From Pseudomonadota bacterium (GTDB lineage: Bacteria > Pseudomonadota > Alphaproteobacteria > CACIAM-22H2): a DNA stretch of 64,000 nt. Where the stretch lies: the NCBI GenBank assembly GCA_016201015.1, contig JACQDQ010000194.1, forward strand, positions 11,149-75,148. Direction: 5' to 3'. The notes beneath the pieces are model-generated. The model saw nothing but the letters and a program-made list of their open reading frames with translations, searched no databases and was not told the DNA's origin. Within the stretch, counting starts at the first letter, position 1. Every line of letters starts with the position of its first letter. Both the position numbers and the translations under genes were made by a program. Shown one piece after another: positions 61,864-64,000 of the stretch.

Positions 61864-63381
61864 TCAGTTGTACTTCAGGCCATGCACCCGGATCATGCCG
61901 TCCGGATACTCCCTGAGGCCGCCGAGCTTATTCGTATATGCCCAGAACCACTGCCGGTGATACAGGTAGATGATCGGTAGGTCCTTGAGGGTGAGGTCGG
62001 CGACCTGGTCGTAGAATTTCTTGCGCTCCGACGGCTCGCTGACGGTACGGGTCAGATCGACCAGGCGGTCGACGTCCGGATTGCAGTACTTGCCGTCGTT
62101 CAGCGGGCCCTTGCAGGTGACGAAGGATTGGAGGTTGCCGTCCGGATCGGGGCGGCCGCTCCAGCCGATCAGGAATGCCTCGAAGTCGCCTTTCTGCGCG
62201 GCCTGCAGCGAGGAGGCGAACTCGGTCGCTTGTAGCCGCACATCGAAGCCCGCCTCCTTGGCCATCGCCTGGATGACCTGTCCAACCTGCATTACGTCGG
62301 GACTGTTGGTGACCATCAGGTTGACGACGACTGGGGTCGCCACGCCAGCCTCCTTGAGCAGCGAATTGGCTTTTGCCAGATCGCGGCCCGGAACCGGCAG
62401 CTTCTTGTCGTAGTAGAAATTGGTGGGCGAGACCCACTGGTTGCCGGGAGCGAATTCGCCGTTGTACACGACCTGGACGATCGCTTGCCGGTCGAGGGCC
62501 GCCTCGAAGGCCTGTCGGACGCGGCGATCCTGACTGAGCGGATTCTTGGCGCGGTCGGTGTTGGCGATGTTGATCGTGATGCCCTGGTAGCCGATCTCCA
62601 CGACCGATGAGAGCTTGAGGCGATTGTCCTTGCGCACGGCGCCCAAATCGGTCGCCGCGACGCGCTCGATGAAGTCGAGTTGTCCGGATTGCAGATTGGC
62701 CAGCCGCACCGAGTTGTCGGGGATCGGGACATAGGTGATCCGGTCAAAGTGGATCTGACCCTTGTCCCAGTAGTCCGGGAAGCGTTCGACGACGATGCGG
62801 TCCTGCGCCACGCGCTCGACGAACTTGAACGGGCCGGCGCATACAGGCTTGGTGCCGAATTTGTCGCCGAGCGCCTCGGCGGCCTTCGGCGAGACCATCA
62901 TACCCGAGCGGTCGGTGAGCAGCGCCACGAGGGGAGAGAAGGGCGCCGCGAGCTGAAGAGCCACCGTATTGTCGTCGACTACGTCGACGCTGCGGACGGG
63001 CGACAACTCGCCGCGGCGGCTCGAGCCCTGCATCGTGCGATGGCGATCGAGGCTGTATTTTGCGGCAGCGGCGTTGAACGGCTCGCCGTCATGGAACTTG
63101 ACACCCTGGCGCAGCTTGATGGTCAGCGTCTTGTTGTCATTCGACCACTCATAACTGGTGCCGAGCTGCGGGACGATCTTCAGGTCCTTGTCGATGTCGA
63201 ACAGCTTGTCGCACAGTGCCGCGAAGACGAGGCGGCCAACGAAGGTGCGCGCCGGTGTCGGGTCGAGGATGTCAGGATCCTCGGCGAGGCCGATGCGCAG
63301 AGATTGTGCCGAAGCGCTGCCGCCGACAAAGATTGCCAGAGCGGCAGCGGCCAAGAACGTCGATGTCGTTTGCTTTATCAT
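61864..63381 (-). CDS. ABC transporter substrate-binding protein, family 5 (peptide/nickel type)
   Basis: 505 aa with signal peptide; SBP_bac_5 architecture. Confidence 0.9.
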   Translation of the reverse strand: MIKQTTSTFLAAAALAIFVGGSASAQSLRIGLAEDPDILDPTPARTFVGRLVFAALCDKLFDIDKDLKIVPQLGTSYEWSNDNKTLTIKLRQGVKFHDGEPFNAAAAKYSLDRHRTMQGSSRRGELSPVRSVDVVDDNTVALQLAAPFSPLVALLTDRSGMMVSPKAAEALGDKFGTKPVCAGPFKFVERVAQDRIVVERFPDYWDKGQIHFDRITYVPIPDNSVRLANLQSGQLDFIERVAATDLGAVRKDNRLKLSSVVEIGYQGITINIANTDRAKNPLSQDRRVRQAFEAALDRQAIVQVVYNGEFAPGNQWVSPTNFYYDKKLPVPGRDLAKANSLLKEAGVATPVVVNLMVTNSPDVMQVGQVIQAMAKEAGFDVRLQATEFASSLQAAQKGDFEAFLIGWSGRPDPDGNLQSFVTCKGPLNDGKYCNPDVDRLVDLTRTVSEPSERKKFYDQVADLTLKDLPIIYLYHRQWFWAYTNKLGGLREYPDGMIRVHGLKYN

Positions 63382-63616
63382 CCCTGTCCTCCTTGCGGCG
63401 CGAAACGGCCCCCCAGGCTCATTGTCTGGGGCGGACCATTTTCAACGCGAGGTTATGCCACGCAGCTTACTGGGTCGCATGCGGGCTGACAAGAAAGAGT
63501 CGGGAAAAAGTGGCGGAAATCCTTGGAAACGTTGCACAAGGACCGCAGGCAAAGGGACGGCCTGTCGGCCTGTCTGCCATCGCGGCGATCACGGTCGGTG
63601 CCGCGCCGATATCGCG

Positions 63617-64000
63617 CTAGTTGGACGTTGCCGTGGCGGATGCGGCCGCTTTTTCCTCGCGGCGGATGAAGAACGACTGCAGGCGCGATAAGCGCTCGTC
63701 CTCTGGCCGTTCGGTCGAGCCGGATGCCAGCTTCGGCGGCGGCGCGATCTCGCGCCAGAAATGACAGGCGATCTTGTGGCCGGCGCCGTCGCTCTCGGCC
63801 AGCGGCTCCTCGGTGCGGCAGCGCTCGCGCGCATGCGGGCAACGGGTTTGGAAGCGGCAGCCGGACGGCGGGTTGAGCGGGCTCGGCACATCACCTTGCA
63901 GGATCATGCGTTGGCGCTTGATCGTCGGGTCGGGGATCGGAATCGCCGAGAGCAGCGCCTGCGTGTAAGGATGGCGCGGCTCCGCGAACAGCTTTCGCTT
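63617..64000 (-). CDS. ABC transporter ATP-binding protein (DppD/OppD-like), C-terminal part; 5' end outside the window
   Basis: The frame stays open to the window edge. C-terminal oligopeptide-ABC signature [22 protein letters not shown]...[13 protein letters not shown]. Confidence 0.8.
   Translation of the reverse strand, partial: KRKLFAEPRHPYTQALLSAIPIPDPTIKRQRMILQGDVPSPLNPPSGCRFQTRCPHARERCRTEEPLAESDGAGHKIACHFWREIAPPPKLASGSTERPEDERLSRLQSFFIRREEKAAASATATSN

Overview
High-GC, almost fully coding window with alphaproteobacterial-type gene content; coordinates not taken from the ORF track were hand-counted and may be off by 1-2 nt. Positions 1-31 kb: 3' part of a sensor histidine kinase; a ygiQ-type radical SAM gene; a hopanoid-associated cluster (hpnN-hpnK-hpnL on + converging on hpnM-hpnI-hpnJ on - at a bidirectional terminator) flanked by a Cache-like membrane sensor and a repeat-containing protein with a degenerate EAL-like C-terminus; mrp/apbC; hflK-hflC-DUF2065-degP/htrA. 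A ~0.9 kb lower-GC insert between degP and serB carries a Panacea (DUF4065) antitoxin-like gene followed only by tiny ORFs. Then DUF1015, nnrS, miaA, ilvIH, ilvC, a hypothetical protein with in-frame tandem repeats, a glycine-zipper lipoprotein and leuA. Positions 31-37 kb: mreB-mreC-mreD-mrdA-rodA and tRNA-Lys(CTT). Positions 37-64 kb: an orphan terminator and an internally deleted dadA-like pseudogene next to the tRNA; heterotetrameric sarcosine oxidase soxBDAG; GAF protein, ggt, polysaccharide deacetylase, alpha/beta hydrolase. The most striking feature is a ~10.5 kb seven-gene + strand operon (47.7-58.2 kb) encoding: tetrahaem, decahaem and pentahaem c-type cytochromes; a fusion of two cNMP-binding domains with a four-cluster [4Fe-4S] NrfC/DmsB-like module; a His-rich polytopic membrane protein; an outer-membrane beta-barrel; a membrane-anchored FNR-like FAD/NAD(P)/[2Fe-2S] reductase. 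I interpret this as a candidate, undescribed trans-envelope electron conduit. The window ends with dgoK, HU and a Dpp/Opp-like ABC transporter. No CRISPR array, transposase or integrase was found. Codon-usage style changes around mreB (GCC/CTG/ACC-rich upstream, GCG/CTC/ACG-rich downstream), so the window may be a chimeric join.
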